Origin: the human T2T-CHM13v2.0 reference genome, Homo sapiens
Strand: one strand, 5' to 3'
Assembly (NCBI RefSeq): GCF_009914755.1
Contig: NC_060929.1
DNA: 64,000 nucleotides
The position numbers and the translations under genes were made by a program. This document shows positions 1 to 12,370 of the stretch, piece by piece. The notes beneath the pieces are model-generated. The model was given only the letters and a program-made list of their open reading frames with translations, made no database searches and was not told the origin of the DNA. Each line of letters starts with the position of its first letter. Within the stretch, counting starts at the first letter, position 1.

Positions 1-404
<404 letters not shown>

Positions 405-1147
405 TCATTGTTGACAGGAAATTTTAATACATGTTTTAACAATTCAGAAAATGGTGATGATTTAAGTAAAACTTAATTGATTAATTTAAGGCAAATTTCA
501 ATTAACTTTTCTTTTCTATATACCATACCGTGTTTTTTTTAAGACATAGAACATATTTGTTTTCTATGTGTTCAAATTAACAGATAGCTTGGTGTTAACA
601 AGTAAACTCAAAACTTTGTGGCTGATATTCAGTTTCATGCAAAAATATGTAATACTTTTTATATTTTATGAGAAATATTATTCAAACAATTTGATACAGA
701 CATAATACTTGTTGATTTTTCCAACAAAATTGTAGCATTGCAAATGACTCCAGGTAGATGAAATACATAAGCTATAAAACTGAATAAGAGATGTGAAAAA
801 TAAGTATTTTTTTCTAAAGAAAGCAACAATATATGTAAGAACATTCAACCTTAATTTTAAATTCTTTAGAGGAAAAAACAGCATTAGATCATATTTATCA
901 ATAACATATACAGTTTAATATTACCTAGTATTCTGTGCTATTAAACCACTTTCAGTAAGCAGTTATTCATGACTCAATTGAAATGCATTCACTTTTAAAT
1001 AGATTCTCATATGAAACTCATATGAAAGTATTATAATTTGAAGTGCTTACTCAGCATACTTAGCCAGTTCTCACTACATGATTTAAATTTTAATAATTTA
1101 TGCTTGATTTATTTTTTGGCTTATCTTTTTTTTTTTCACCCTACAAT

Positions 1148-1335
1148 TCAGGTTTTTTCAAACTTTATTGTGCATAAAACTTTCTAGGGAGCTTGTTAAA
1201 AATAAAGTTTTCTAGTCCCTTTCCACAGATTTTCTGATTTAGTAGGTTTGGGTCAGAACCAAAGAATCTCCATTTTTAACAAGCCTATCAGGTAATTATT
1301 ATAGATATGATTCCTGGACCACAATTTTAGTAATA
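1148..1335. mobile_element. MER5-like hAT-Charlie MITE
   Basis: gagcttgttaaaa...aagaatctccatttttaacaagc...caggtaatt...ggaccaca resembles the MER5A core. Confidence 0.65.
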
Positions 1336-2819
1336 CGCTTTATCGTAACTATTCATACTCATTCTTTTAAACATTTAGCTTAATTTCAAACCTGTTCTTT
1401 CTTTACATCTTTGTCTGTCTGTTTCCTCTTTGTTTCTATCTCTGCCAGTTTCTTTTTTTCTCTTCAATAAATTAAACTTGGAAGAATTGTAGCAAAACAT
1501 AAAATAATATGTTGAAGTGATTGTATAAGGATTTTTTTGCAAATTTCTACCTCAATGTCTTAAAGCCATAATGAGAACTCAAGAAATGTTATTTTAATCA
1601 TTGTAATTATGTTTTCAGCTCCCTTGGTTGCATTGTTTTAATTAAAACCTAATATTTATTACTCACAACCCTTTCATTTTGTTGTTCTGAATTAGGACTT
1701 TAAAAAAAGGACACTTTTATAATTTTATCTCCTATTTGTAAAATAGTACCTACTATAACATAAAATTACTGTATTTTATCAAACTGATGGTACCATTATT
1801 TTAGTGTATTTAGTGTATTACTAGTATGGAAACAAATACTGCAATTAAATTATACTTCAGTATGTTTTACTTATTGCATTTGAATTTTAGATACATGAAC
1901 ATTAAAAACATGCGTCTTAGAATTATGGAAACATGCTAATTTAGTAAATAATATCGTAATTGTTTCTTAAGAATTCTTTATTATTTAACTTGCAAACATG
2001 GGCATTAAGCATTTCAGCATCAATTTTGTGGTAGTTGAGATCATGTGTTATTCTTTTGGAATTATTCTCCTAAAGCTTCAAAGTTATACTCATATTCATT
2101 GCATGTCCTATTGACTTATTCTATAATTAATCTCCAATCTCCAGTCAATTATAGCTTATTCAAGCAACTTTTCTGTAGTAATCAAGATCATTTTATTTCT
2201 GATACTTCAGACTACAGATAATAGAGAAGTTGAAAGAGACTGGGTTATGCATCCGTTTAGTTCCTTATTTTGGCTGTTAACTAGGTGTTTAACTTAATAT
2301 CTGTGAAGCTTGGTTGTTTTTAACAGTAATACATACAAAAGCCTTTGCATAATATAGTTTGAATCACTTTTAAATATCTTCTCAATACCAATTATTTTTG
2401 ACTAATATATATGCACTTAAGATACATCATTTTAAAATGGTAGCCTTCAACACAAATTGAATTGGAATCACCAGCTAGGCATTTTCCAACTATACATACT
2501 CATTTCAATTTCTCTCCCAAATATACTGATGGGAATAGATCAAAACAGAGGGATGGAGATGTTTGCTTTCAGACACTTCTTTAGCTCCCTGATGATGTGC
2601 AGCCCTGAGGCTAGGAAAGCATTTCCATTCATGCATTCCTTTTTCCTTACACTGAATGCATCTTTATAAGTTGCATGCTTATATTTGTTTGGGTTCTTCA
2701 CTATGCCAGCCAGAGGGAACAGAGCAAAGATAAGTAAAGAGATGGACTTTAACGCCATGGGACCTTCACATTAACTGTGTGTGCTCTGGGCATGCTGGCA
2801 GGAAGTTGGACTCTGAAGT

Positions 2820-3035
2820 TAGTGCTGTGCTGGAGCTAGCCTATAGCAGCTCATGAGAACAAGTTGTTAAGTGTTCAGGAATTGTTAACCTTTTAGGAAT
2901 TTTGCAGATCTATTGATGTCATGTTACTTGAAATCAACGATGGTGGAAATATTTACATAATAGAAATCAACAAAGGCAAATATAAAAATTTTGTTTTGTC
3001 CCACAAGAGTTGGTCTTAAATATTTGTTATCATGC
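2820..3035 (+). mobile_element. MER63-like hAT MITE
   Basis: agtgctgtgctggagc...ttcaggaatt...ttgaaatcaacgatggtggaaatatttaca matches recalled MER63 termini. Confidence 0.6.
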
Positions 3036-3099
3036 CCCTCTTTCTAACATAAGATAAGGACACTCCATGTATTCAGAAGTTGGAAGAGGTATCCATGAA

Positions 3100-3870
3100 A
3101 ATCTCCTGAATGAAGTGTTGTATAAACTGAATAGACAGGAAGACAAGATAGATCTTCATGGAGAGAGAAGGGTTAAATAGCATAAACACAAAAACACATA
3201 GAAAGGATATGAGACATTGAATACAATGAAATAAGTTCAAATATGGCTTAAATTTTAAAAACAGTAGAATGACAGAAATTTAAGATGTGGAAATGAGGTG
3301 AACAATTTTGTAAAAACTTTCCAATCATATAAATATCTTGCCTTTTATTTCAAAGGCAATGGAATATAATGCAGGTTAATTTAATGATATCTGCATTTAA
3401 AAAATAAATTTAACTTTTTTTTGCAGAATGAATTGAAGAAAAATAAACGTTTTAAGTAACTGGATGCATTTTTATTTCCTTAGGGAGAGAGATGATTTTT
3501 GGCTCATATCATAGTGGCAATAGAGATGAAGAGAATTTGATATAACGCAGAGCTCTTTCGTGAAACTGACAGGATTTTTTAATAGGGATATGTGAAGCAA
3601 CAACAGTAAATGGGGAAATTATTACTTATAGATTTCATACTTAATCAAATCACTCATTTAGTGAGTGTTATTGAGACATGAGGCACACAGAGGCAAAAGT
3701 GGGAACTAAGAAAGATTTAGAAATACACATTTCATATGTTTAAAGTCCCTGTACAAGTAACATTCTCACAGAGACATTGAGAAGGTAGGTAGATGAGAAT
3801 CTGTAGGCCAGAAGGAATTTAAAGTGTGACGATATCCATTTGGGAGTGATGAAAAGAGAATGCAGCCATA
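3100..3870. mobile_element. Degraded L2 fragments
   Basis: Purine-rich L2-like motifs (agtggcaatagagatgaagag, actgacaggattt, ttattgagacatgagg). Confidence 0.45.
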
Positions 3871-3914
3871 TAGTAGAATAACATAAAAGATACTTTCGAA
3901 AGCTTGTCTCACAT

Positions 3915-4380
3915 ATCTGTTTTTATGTAGCAAGCCACCTTAAAACTCAATAGTTTAAAAAATTAACAACAGTTTTGTTTACTTCCCTTCCATTTGGGTC
4001 AACAATTTAGACTGGGTTTATGGGGTGCTTCTTTGGTTGCTTTCAACTTAGGGCACTCATCTCATCGTCTTGGGCTAAGGGCTATAAAATAGCCTTTCTC
4101 ACATGATTGGCCCTTGGTGCTAGCTGTTTTCCAGTCCACACACTTCCATCAGGCTGGTTTGGGATTCTTCACATGGAGTCTTCATTCCAAAAACAGCAAA
4201 AAGCAGAGTAATCCTCTATGGCCACACCTTTCAAGCTTTTGCTGACATCATATCTGCCAATATCTCAATCACCGAGGAGAGCAAGAAACCCCACCTTAGT
4301 CAACTTGAGAAGAAAGAACACATGGGTGTGACTACAAGGACACAGGACACAGTGGGGGCTACTTCTGTAACAATCTACAA
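3915..4380 (-). mobile_element. Ancient MLT1 (MaLR) LTR
   Basis: gtagcaagccaccttaaaactcaatagtttaaa...ttcttcacatgg...gtaacaatctaca. Confidence 0.6.
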
Positions 4381-4585
4381 GAAACTTCAATGGTCAAGTA
4401 GAAGACAAACTAGTAAAGAAGATGGAAAGGGGACAGCTAGAATATTGATAAGAGGAAAAATAGCAAAAAGAAGCAATGCAAATGACAAAGAAAGTGAGAA
4501 TGACAGAGAACTTTTAATATAAGAGAAGGTTACATTTTTGGTTGCATGATGTATCTTTATGATTTCTTTCATTCGTCAGTTTTAT

Positions 4586-5050
4586 GTCAGGTAGGATTAC
4601 ATTCAACTGTACCTAATAAAAAAGAAAAAAAAAGCTCTTTTTGTGGCTTAAACACAGGCATATGCTATAACAACATTCGATGAGGTTCAGATACAGGTTG
4701 TTCGGCCCTGGTATTGTGGCTTAACAGGAACTAGACTCTTCCTTGCCTCCACCATTTATATTGCCATCTTCCAACTTCATACATGTTGTCTCATTATCGC
4801 AAGATGACTTCTACTAACTATTCCAGGCAGGTAGAAGAAAGAAAGGAAAAGAAAAGTAATGGGTTTATTTTAATGAGATTATGGGAAGGGCTGCTTCTAG
4901 CTCTTTCTATTGCCTAGCATCCTGTAATGTGGTCACGTCTGATTTCATGAAATGAGGAATACTAGAGTACATTTAACTGGCCACAGGGCCACCACAGAAT
5001 CAGAGTTCTGCTAACAAGGTTATTCTATATGAAAACAGCAGAATCTGCTG
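4586..5050 (-). mobile_element. Ancient MLT1J/K-like LTR
   Basis: tgtcaggtaggattacattcaactg...tggcttaaac...caagatgact...ttccaggcagg. Confidence 0.5.
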
Positions 5051-5226
5051 TAAGTTTCTATTTAATTTGACATACACATTAATGCTGTGTTGTTTCTAAG
5101 ACCCTAGTACTTATGACATTCATGTGTCTCACCCTTCTTTATTTACACAACACTTAATGATTTTATATACTTTCAGGAATAGATTATCTGACAAAGTAGA
5201 GGATTTGTTATTTAGTGATAATAAGA

Positions 5227-5410
5227 AGCTAACATTTATTGAGCATTTAATTTGTACCCAGCAATGCTGTGTTTACACATTTTACATCAATTAAATCCTA
5301 TAACAATCTTCTGAAATAGGCACTGATATTGTTATTAAATTTAAAGATAAGGAATTCATCAGAAAGGCATTAAGTAATTTACTCAAAATCATGTAATTAA
5401 CAGGCTTTTA
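5227..5410 (-). mobile_element. MIR SINE
   Basis: agctaacatttattgagc...aatcctataacaatctt...agataagga...taagtaatttactcaaaatca. Confidence 0.75.
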
Positions 5411-7903
5411 AAATTTCTTACATAAAAATACAAGTTCTTACTGGTATAGTGTATAACACTGCCCACCAGTGTAATAGAAAGTATATATGAAAGAGTGCAT
5501 TCAATTTAGTATTCATATTTTAACCTAATATGAGATGTTTAGATAAATACATTTTCTAGTAAAGAAATAGTTTTTAATGTGAAAAATTTCAGTCTCACTG
5601 TATCGTTTTTAAAATATTACTTCCTTCTTTGATTTTCTGTTCAATTATACCCATCACATCAAAATATTCTATATGTTAATATTTTTAGATTTCTACTCAT
5701 GCTTCGATATTAATAAATTTGTATGTTGCATGCGATTACGAGAGTTTGCTTTCAAAAAAATCTTGATCATTTTAATTATTATGCCAAATAAACAATGCTA
5801 TTAAATTTTAATAATCTAATGGGGGATAAAAATATTATATAAGAAGCCTTCAGTATTTTAGCATGTTTCGAATGTAATGAATTTAAAAACTTTAGATATA
5901 TTCAAATCTCAAGTAATTCCTTTTATATAAAATAATGTGAGGCTTTAAATTATTAAGCAATAGAAGCCTCTTGAGTCCATGACTACTATTTGTTAATAGC
6001 CAAAGGTATATTTAAATATATTTATCTTATAACTACAAAAGAAAAAAAGTAGTAATATGTTTTTATTGTGCCTTTTCTTCTAAAATATAAGAAGCATTCT
6101 GAGAAAGTCTCTCATGGTAGAAAGCCTGCATATAATGAGAGAGTCAACTCAGACAAGTATCCTGCATTTCTTCAAACTATAAAATAGCTAGTATCCCGAG
6201 GACTTGTGCTGAATCAACTTTATTTAAATAGAATATTGCTGCATGTTCACAAGAGAAGGCCATACCTTTTCCTCTGCATAATAATATAAGCCTTTATGTT
6301 TTTCAGAAAGAAAATTCTCAGAACATTAAAGAGAGTAGAAACTCTCATTATTCAAGAACTTAGGTAGAAGAAATGTGATGACTCTGAATTCAATAAAAGG
6401 CAAGTTTTATTCCAAACAGTGGATTCATTTTTATTAGGCACTCTATGTTTTTATGGTAATTGCCAGTACAGTTTATGCAGGGAAGTCTGAGATATGGACT
6501 AATATAAGTTTCACAATTTTCTATACAAAGAAAGTAAGATAAGCCTATCTCATCTGTAAGACTGATAATATGATCTTGCAATCTAATTTTCTCACAATAT
6601 CCATTACATAGACTTAAAAGTTGAATGTTTTATGGAATTTCAAAGTTAAATAGTTTTGCTATATTAACCATATTTGTGTGCATTCTTAACACCTTTAAAA
6701 ATTTGCATCATCACATTTTATGATCTCTTTAAAAGCTTTATTTAATGCTATTTCTAACTTTCAGGTTAAATATTTTAAGCATTTGTATATCTGCTGCTAC
6801 CTCCAGTCAACCTCTTTAAAAATTCTATTTCACTAAAGTCAATTAAATTTCCTTGAGTCAATTTTTATTGTACACCTAAAATGTGCCAGGCACTGTTTCT
6901 GACAAAAAAGATAAAATGACAGTTGAAATAATCCCCACCATTGATGTGCTCATTGTTTAATTCATCTTTTATAATTAAGTATCATTCATTAAACAGCTAC
7001 TCTTATTCAATAACTATATTTGTTCCTAGTTATAACACAAGGTTACTCCAAACAGACTTTTCAGGTTTCTGATAATGTCTGTCTTTTTAAAAAGATATGT
7101 GGCTGGTGGTGTTGCCATGTATGAACATAAGAAGAGAGGCAGATGTGATGAGAGATGAGGGTTTGTGATGTAGCAAATGGCTAGATCACGTCTTATGTTT
7201 CATAGTGTAGATTCTATGCTTTCAGTTCGGAGAGAAGTCTCTAATAGTTTAAAGAAAGAAAATAACATGATTCAAATTATGTTTATAAAATTATTTAAAA
7301 AGAAGGAATAAAAAACTTGGAGCGTAATAGAAACTCCATATGGAGAAGCTAGAGGAGAAGCAATATCCAAAGACAGCATTTTAAAAATAATAAAAAGCAT
7401 CATTCTTCAGACTAAAGAAGGGGAGTTTGGGGCAAGATAAGTATATATAAATGTACATCAGCAGATCAGTTAGGACATAGGGACTCCTTTTAAAAACAAC
7501 TAAAAATGCACATTAGTAGATGGAAAACATACTTCTCAAGAACAAAACTATATGCCAGGAAGCAAGAAAATAATATATTTAAAGAGCTGAGAAAATATGC
7601 TACCAACCTGTAATCTTATACCACGATTAACTATTATTTGATTTATACACAATAAAGTATTTTCAGTAAAAAATAACACATAAAACTAAGATAAATGAAC
7701 TACAAGAACTATAAAAATTGGCATTTCAAAAAGAACAACATTGAATCTAGGTAGGAAGAATAAAATGTAAGATAATTTTGAAGAAAACAAATTGCACAAT
7801 ATAGAGATATTTTTAAAATTTTTGTTAATTCTGGAGGTGGAATATGTTGTCATTAACAAACTCAGACATCATACGAGACAGGAGGGAGAAGTAACAGATT
7901 TAA

Positions 7904-8423
7904 ACCATTTCCCGTTTGCTCCAAGAATACTGACCAGCAGTGCTTGCAGCTTCAGTGTTTACCCCCAAATAACTTTTCTACAAAAGATCTTGATTTTATT
8001 ATTATTTTCACATCACTTTAGTATATCACCTTTCAAAACAAAAGACATCATTCTATTTATAGCATTCTGTTTTTTGTAGAGGTATTTCCATTTACAAAAT
8101 ATAGTAATTTTCAATCGCTGAAAATGTCAAGTTTTAGAAAACATAGCATTCCTAAGTGTGATATTAACATAGTTTTCATACAGGTATTAGCTGAAGATTT
8201 ATTTGATGAATTCAATTTTTCCTAAACAGATGATTCTGATGATTCAGACGATTCTGAAGTTAGTTCTGTTTAGAAATAAACAGAACTAACTTTTATATTT
8301 TATATTTTACTTTCATGTTGGAAATCAGTCGGATTTGCTTCAGCCTCAAAGAGAATGTTTATATAAAATTAAATGAACACAGGCAGTGAGCTGCACGTTT
8401 TTTTTTCCTAAACACAAAAAGGG
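7904..8423 (+). mobile_element. MER75 piggyBac-derived MITE
   Basis: Degenerate TIRs accatttcccgttt / aaacacaaaaaggg, flanked by TTAA (7900-7903) and TTCA; interior matches recalled MER75. Confidence 0.8.
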
Positions 8424-8429
8424 TTCAAG

Positions 8430-9382
8430 ATTTTTCAGCATTGTTCAGCTAGAGGGTGAGGATACAGTTAAATTTCACCTTTTAAGAAAAATGTCTGTAT
8501 GCTTTAAAAAAAAAAGAAAAACAGATGAACACTGAATGAAAAATGGTAGAATACAGAAATTCTATACCTTTGGGTTATGGGGAGAAACCAAAGGAAAAGA
8601 GCAGAAAATGTGATCAATCCAATGGGAGGCAGAAAAAGAGAAAAGATAGAAAAATGAGAGATAATAGCAAAAAATGTAGTAAAAATGATTACAAGTAGAT
8701 TACTGATAACAATAAATGAAAAAAATTTACCATGACACTTAATGAAAATTACTAACAGAAAGAATATAAATATAAGTTAACTAATATACAGATTAATAAA
8801 GATACATCCAAATAAAAATCATACAAAAAGTTATAAGATACATGATGGAAGAATAAATAGATTAATAAATTGATAGATTTCAGATAGACAAACGCATGTA
8901 GCTCAGGTAAGTATAAAACAAATGATGCTGGATTGTTCATATTAATGTTAGATAAAATTATCTTATATGAAACATCATTGTTAAAGATTAAGGTAGATAC
9001 TAAAATAGAGTAAAATATAAAATTTCCAGTAAGTCATAACAATTGTAATGTAGCATGCAGCTAATAATAAAGCTTCCAGGATACATGAAGCAAAAAAAAA
9101 AAAAAAAAAGAAAAGTCAAAGTCAACATAATTTCAAAGATAACTGACAAATATCCAATCAGAATGAGAAATTCTAACACATTTTTCATAGTATTAGATTA
9201 GGAAGAAAATTTTGATAAAAATCGAAACAATTGGAACAATATAATTAATAACTTTGACTGAAGATACATGTATAAATTACTATATCCAATGCACAGAAAT
9301 AGAGATAATTTTGACCTACATGAGAAATATTTATGATATTTTAACATAGACTAGGATATAAAGAAACTCTCAACAATCTCCA
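8430..9382 (+). mobile_element. Ancient L1M (ORF1/ORF2 junction region) relic
   Basis: A-rich strand; aagcttccaggatacatgaagcaaaa, gatataaagaaactctcaacaa resemble the L1 EN region; continues briefly after the THE1. Confidence 0.55.
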
Positions 9383-9727
9383 TGTATTATTCCATTTTCA
9401 CACTGATGATAAAGACATACAAGAGGCTGGGCAATTTACAAAAGAAAAAGATTTAATGGATTTACAGTTCCACATGGCTGGGGAAGCCCCACAATCATGG
9501 CAGAAGGTGAAGATCAAGTCTCACATGGCAGCAGAGAAGCAAGAGAGAACTTGTGCAGGGAAATTCCCGTTTTTAAAACCATCAGATCTCGTGAGACTTA
9601 TTCACTACAATGAGAACAACATGGGAAAGACCTGCCCCCATGATTCAATTACCTCCCACCGAGTCCCTCCCATAACATGTAGGAATTCAAGATGAGATTT
9701 GGGTGGAGACACAGCCAAACCGTATCA
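9383..9727 (-). mobile_element. THE1 (MaLR) solo LTR
   Basis: tgtatta...gatgagatttgggtggagacacagccaaaccgtatca; 5-bp TSD ctcca/ctccg. Confidence 0.95.
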
Positions 9728-10885
9728 CTCCGCAAAATAGCAAACATTAGAACTTGTTCTTTAATCAAAATCCAATTAAATTGACATCATCGGCAAGCAC
9801 AGAACAACACACAACAGCAACAACAAAACCTTTAAAATAAAGGTTTTTTACCCCCAAGATGACAGATTAGGGGCTTTTAGCACGCCTTCGCTACTTGGAA
9901 ACAGCAAAACAGTGCATAAAGATCTACTTTGAGAGCTTTAATTCAAGAAGGAAGATGGTATTTCATCAGAAAAATGAAGAACAACCCAGACTCCAGAAAT
10001 GACAAGGTGGACAGCCGTCCTTGTGATGGTGATTGACTGATAAAAGTGAATGAAGCCCCAGTAAAGGAGAGGGGCAGTCAGTCTCCCTCTGTGACTCACC
10101 TTTCCACTAGGGATCTGTGTAATTCAGAACAAAAAATAGCACCCTATTTCCTCCAAGCCCTGGAGCCGACATGGAGAGAGGCTGAAAGACAGAGAGAGGA
10201 AAAGACCCCAGGAAAAGCAAGCTGCAGACATTTTCTCAGTTCCAGAACCAAAAGAAGAGCACCATTTTTTTATCCAGGCTCATACAAAGTCAGTCACTGT
10301 TTGGCAACCAGCAGTGGCACCCACAAGAATTTTAGTCTTGGGCCAGAGATTGTAATTACTGCTCTGGAGTGGGGTAAGGGCCCACATAGCCAGAATTGAG
10401 TGGGAGTGTGGACAGTGCCCCAGAAATGGGCACTGGAATTGGGCTCTCTGGCATCACAAAACTGGACTAGGAGGACAGTTGCTGAAGCTGAGATTTCTCT
10501 TAGCGAGTGAGATGTGCAGCTAGAAACGACTTTACAACCTAGAACCAGTCTGCATATGTCATTGCTGGGTGTCTCAGACTGCTCCCTTGGTCAGTTGGGG
10601 GACAGTGCCCTACCAGTTTCAAGGAGTAAAACGGAGGTGAACGCCGGTCACTTAGAGATCTAACCCTCGATGCAGACTGCCCCTAAGGGGGTGAGGAGCA
10701 CAGCCTACCAAAGTCCCCCTGAGTTAAAGGAAATAGAAGTATGGTGCTAGCCTCTGAAGGCAACATCACCAATGTTAGGCATGGACTTGGAGAGGAGATC
10801 ATCTCTAGCCTCCCACAGGAGCTCTTACCATTAGGATCCAGGTAGTGTGCTGAAAGAGACACTTCTCAGGTTTCTCCCCTGGTTC

Positions 10886-12370
10886 TGAGAGGTGACAGCG
10901 TGCTGGCAGTCCTCACAGCCCTCTCTCGCTCTCGGCGCCTCCTCTGCCTGGGCTCCCACTTTGGATGCACCTGGGGAGCCCTTCAGCCCACCGCTGCACT
11001 GTGGGGGCCCCTTTCTGGGCTGGCCAAGGCCGGAGCCCACTCCCTCAGCTTGCAGGGAGGTGTGGAGGGAGAGGCGCCGGCGGGAACCGCGGCTGCGGGC
11101 GGCGCTTGCAGGCCAGCTGGAGTTCCGGGTGGGCGTGGCCTTGTTGGGCCCTGCACTCCGAGCAGCCGGCCGGCCCCGCCGGCCCCGGGCAATGAGGGGC
11201 TTAGCACCCGGGCCAGCGGCTGCGGAGGGTATACTGGGTCCCCCAGCAGTGCCAGCCCACCGGCGCTGCCCTCGATTTCTCGCCGGGCCTTAGCTGCCTT
11301 CCCGTGGGGCAGGGCTCGGGATCTGCAGCCCGCCATGCCTGAGCCTCCCACCCCCTCCGTGGGCTCCTGTGCGGCCCAAGCCTCCTCGACGAGCACCACC
11401 CCCTGCTCCAGGCACCCAGTCCCATCGACCACCCAAGGGCTGAGGAGTGCAGGCGCAAGGTGCGGGACTGGCAGGCAGCTCCACCTGCAGCCCTGGTGTG
11501 GGATCCACTGGGTGAAGCCAGCTGGGCTCCTGAGTCTGGTGGGGCCTTGGAGAACTTTTATGTCTAGCTCAGGGATTGTAAATACACCAATAGGCACTCT
11601 GTATCTAGCTCAAGGTTTGTAAACACACCAATCAGCACCCTGTGTCTAGCTCAGGGTTTGTGAATGCACCAATGGACACTGTATCTAGCTACTCTGGTGG
11701 GGCCTTGGAGAACCTTTATGTCTAGCTCAGGGATTGTGAATACACCAATCGGCACTCTGTGTCTAGCTCAAGGTTTGTAAACACATCAATCAGCACCCTG
11801 TGTCTAGCTCAGGGTTTGTGAGTGCACCAATCGACACTCTGTATCTAGTTACTCTGGTGGGGCCTTGGAGAACCTTTGTGTCAATACTCTGTATCTAACT
11901 AATCTGGTGGGGATGTGGAGAACCTTTGTGTCTAGCTCAGGGATTGTAAACGCACCAATCAGCGCCCTGTCAAAACGGACCACTGGGCTCTACCAATCAG
12001 CAGGACGTGGGTGGGGCCAGATAAGAAAATAAAAGCAGGCTGCCCGAGCCAGCAGTGGCGACCCGCTCAGGTCCCCTTCCACACTGTGGAAGCTTTGTTC
12101 TTTCGCTCTTTGCAATAAATCTCGCTACTGCTCCCTCTTTGGGTCCATTCTGCTTTTATGAGCTGTGACACTCACCACGAAGGTCTAGAGCTTCACTCCT
12201 AAGCCAGTAAGACCACAAGCCCACGGGGAGGAAGAAAATCCGAACACATCTGAACATCAGGAGGAAGAAACTCCAGACGCGCCACCTTAAGAGCTGTAAC
12301 ACTCACCGCGAGGGTCCGCGGCTTCATTCTTGAAGTCAGTGAGACCAAGAACCCACCAATTCCAGACACA
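10886..12370 (+). mobile_element. LTR12C (ERV9) solo LTR
   Basis: tgagaggtgacagcgtgctggcag...ccaattccagacaca; TG..CA ends; perfect 4-bp TSD GTTC; GC-rich U3 plus tandem CCAAT repeats. Confidence 0.97.
11560..12040 (+). promoter_or_regulatory. LTR12C U3 enhancer/promoter (NF-Y CCAAT array, GT-box, GATA, TATA-like AATAAAA)
   Basis: 7 intact CCAAT boxes counted in ~40-bp repeats; gggtgggg, agataag, AATAAAA at 12028-12034; LTR poly(A) signal at 12114-12119. Confidence 0.75.

Noticed and set aside
10900-11622. 240-aa and overlapping 204/133-aa ORFs
   Set aside because: Entirely within the GC-rich LTR12C U3, where stop codons are scarce; open in several frames on both strands with no domain-like sequence.
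11560-11960. Regularly spaced ~40-bp repeats resembling a CRISPR array
   Set aside because: No unique spacers and no cas genes; these are the known LTR12 U3 tandem repeats.
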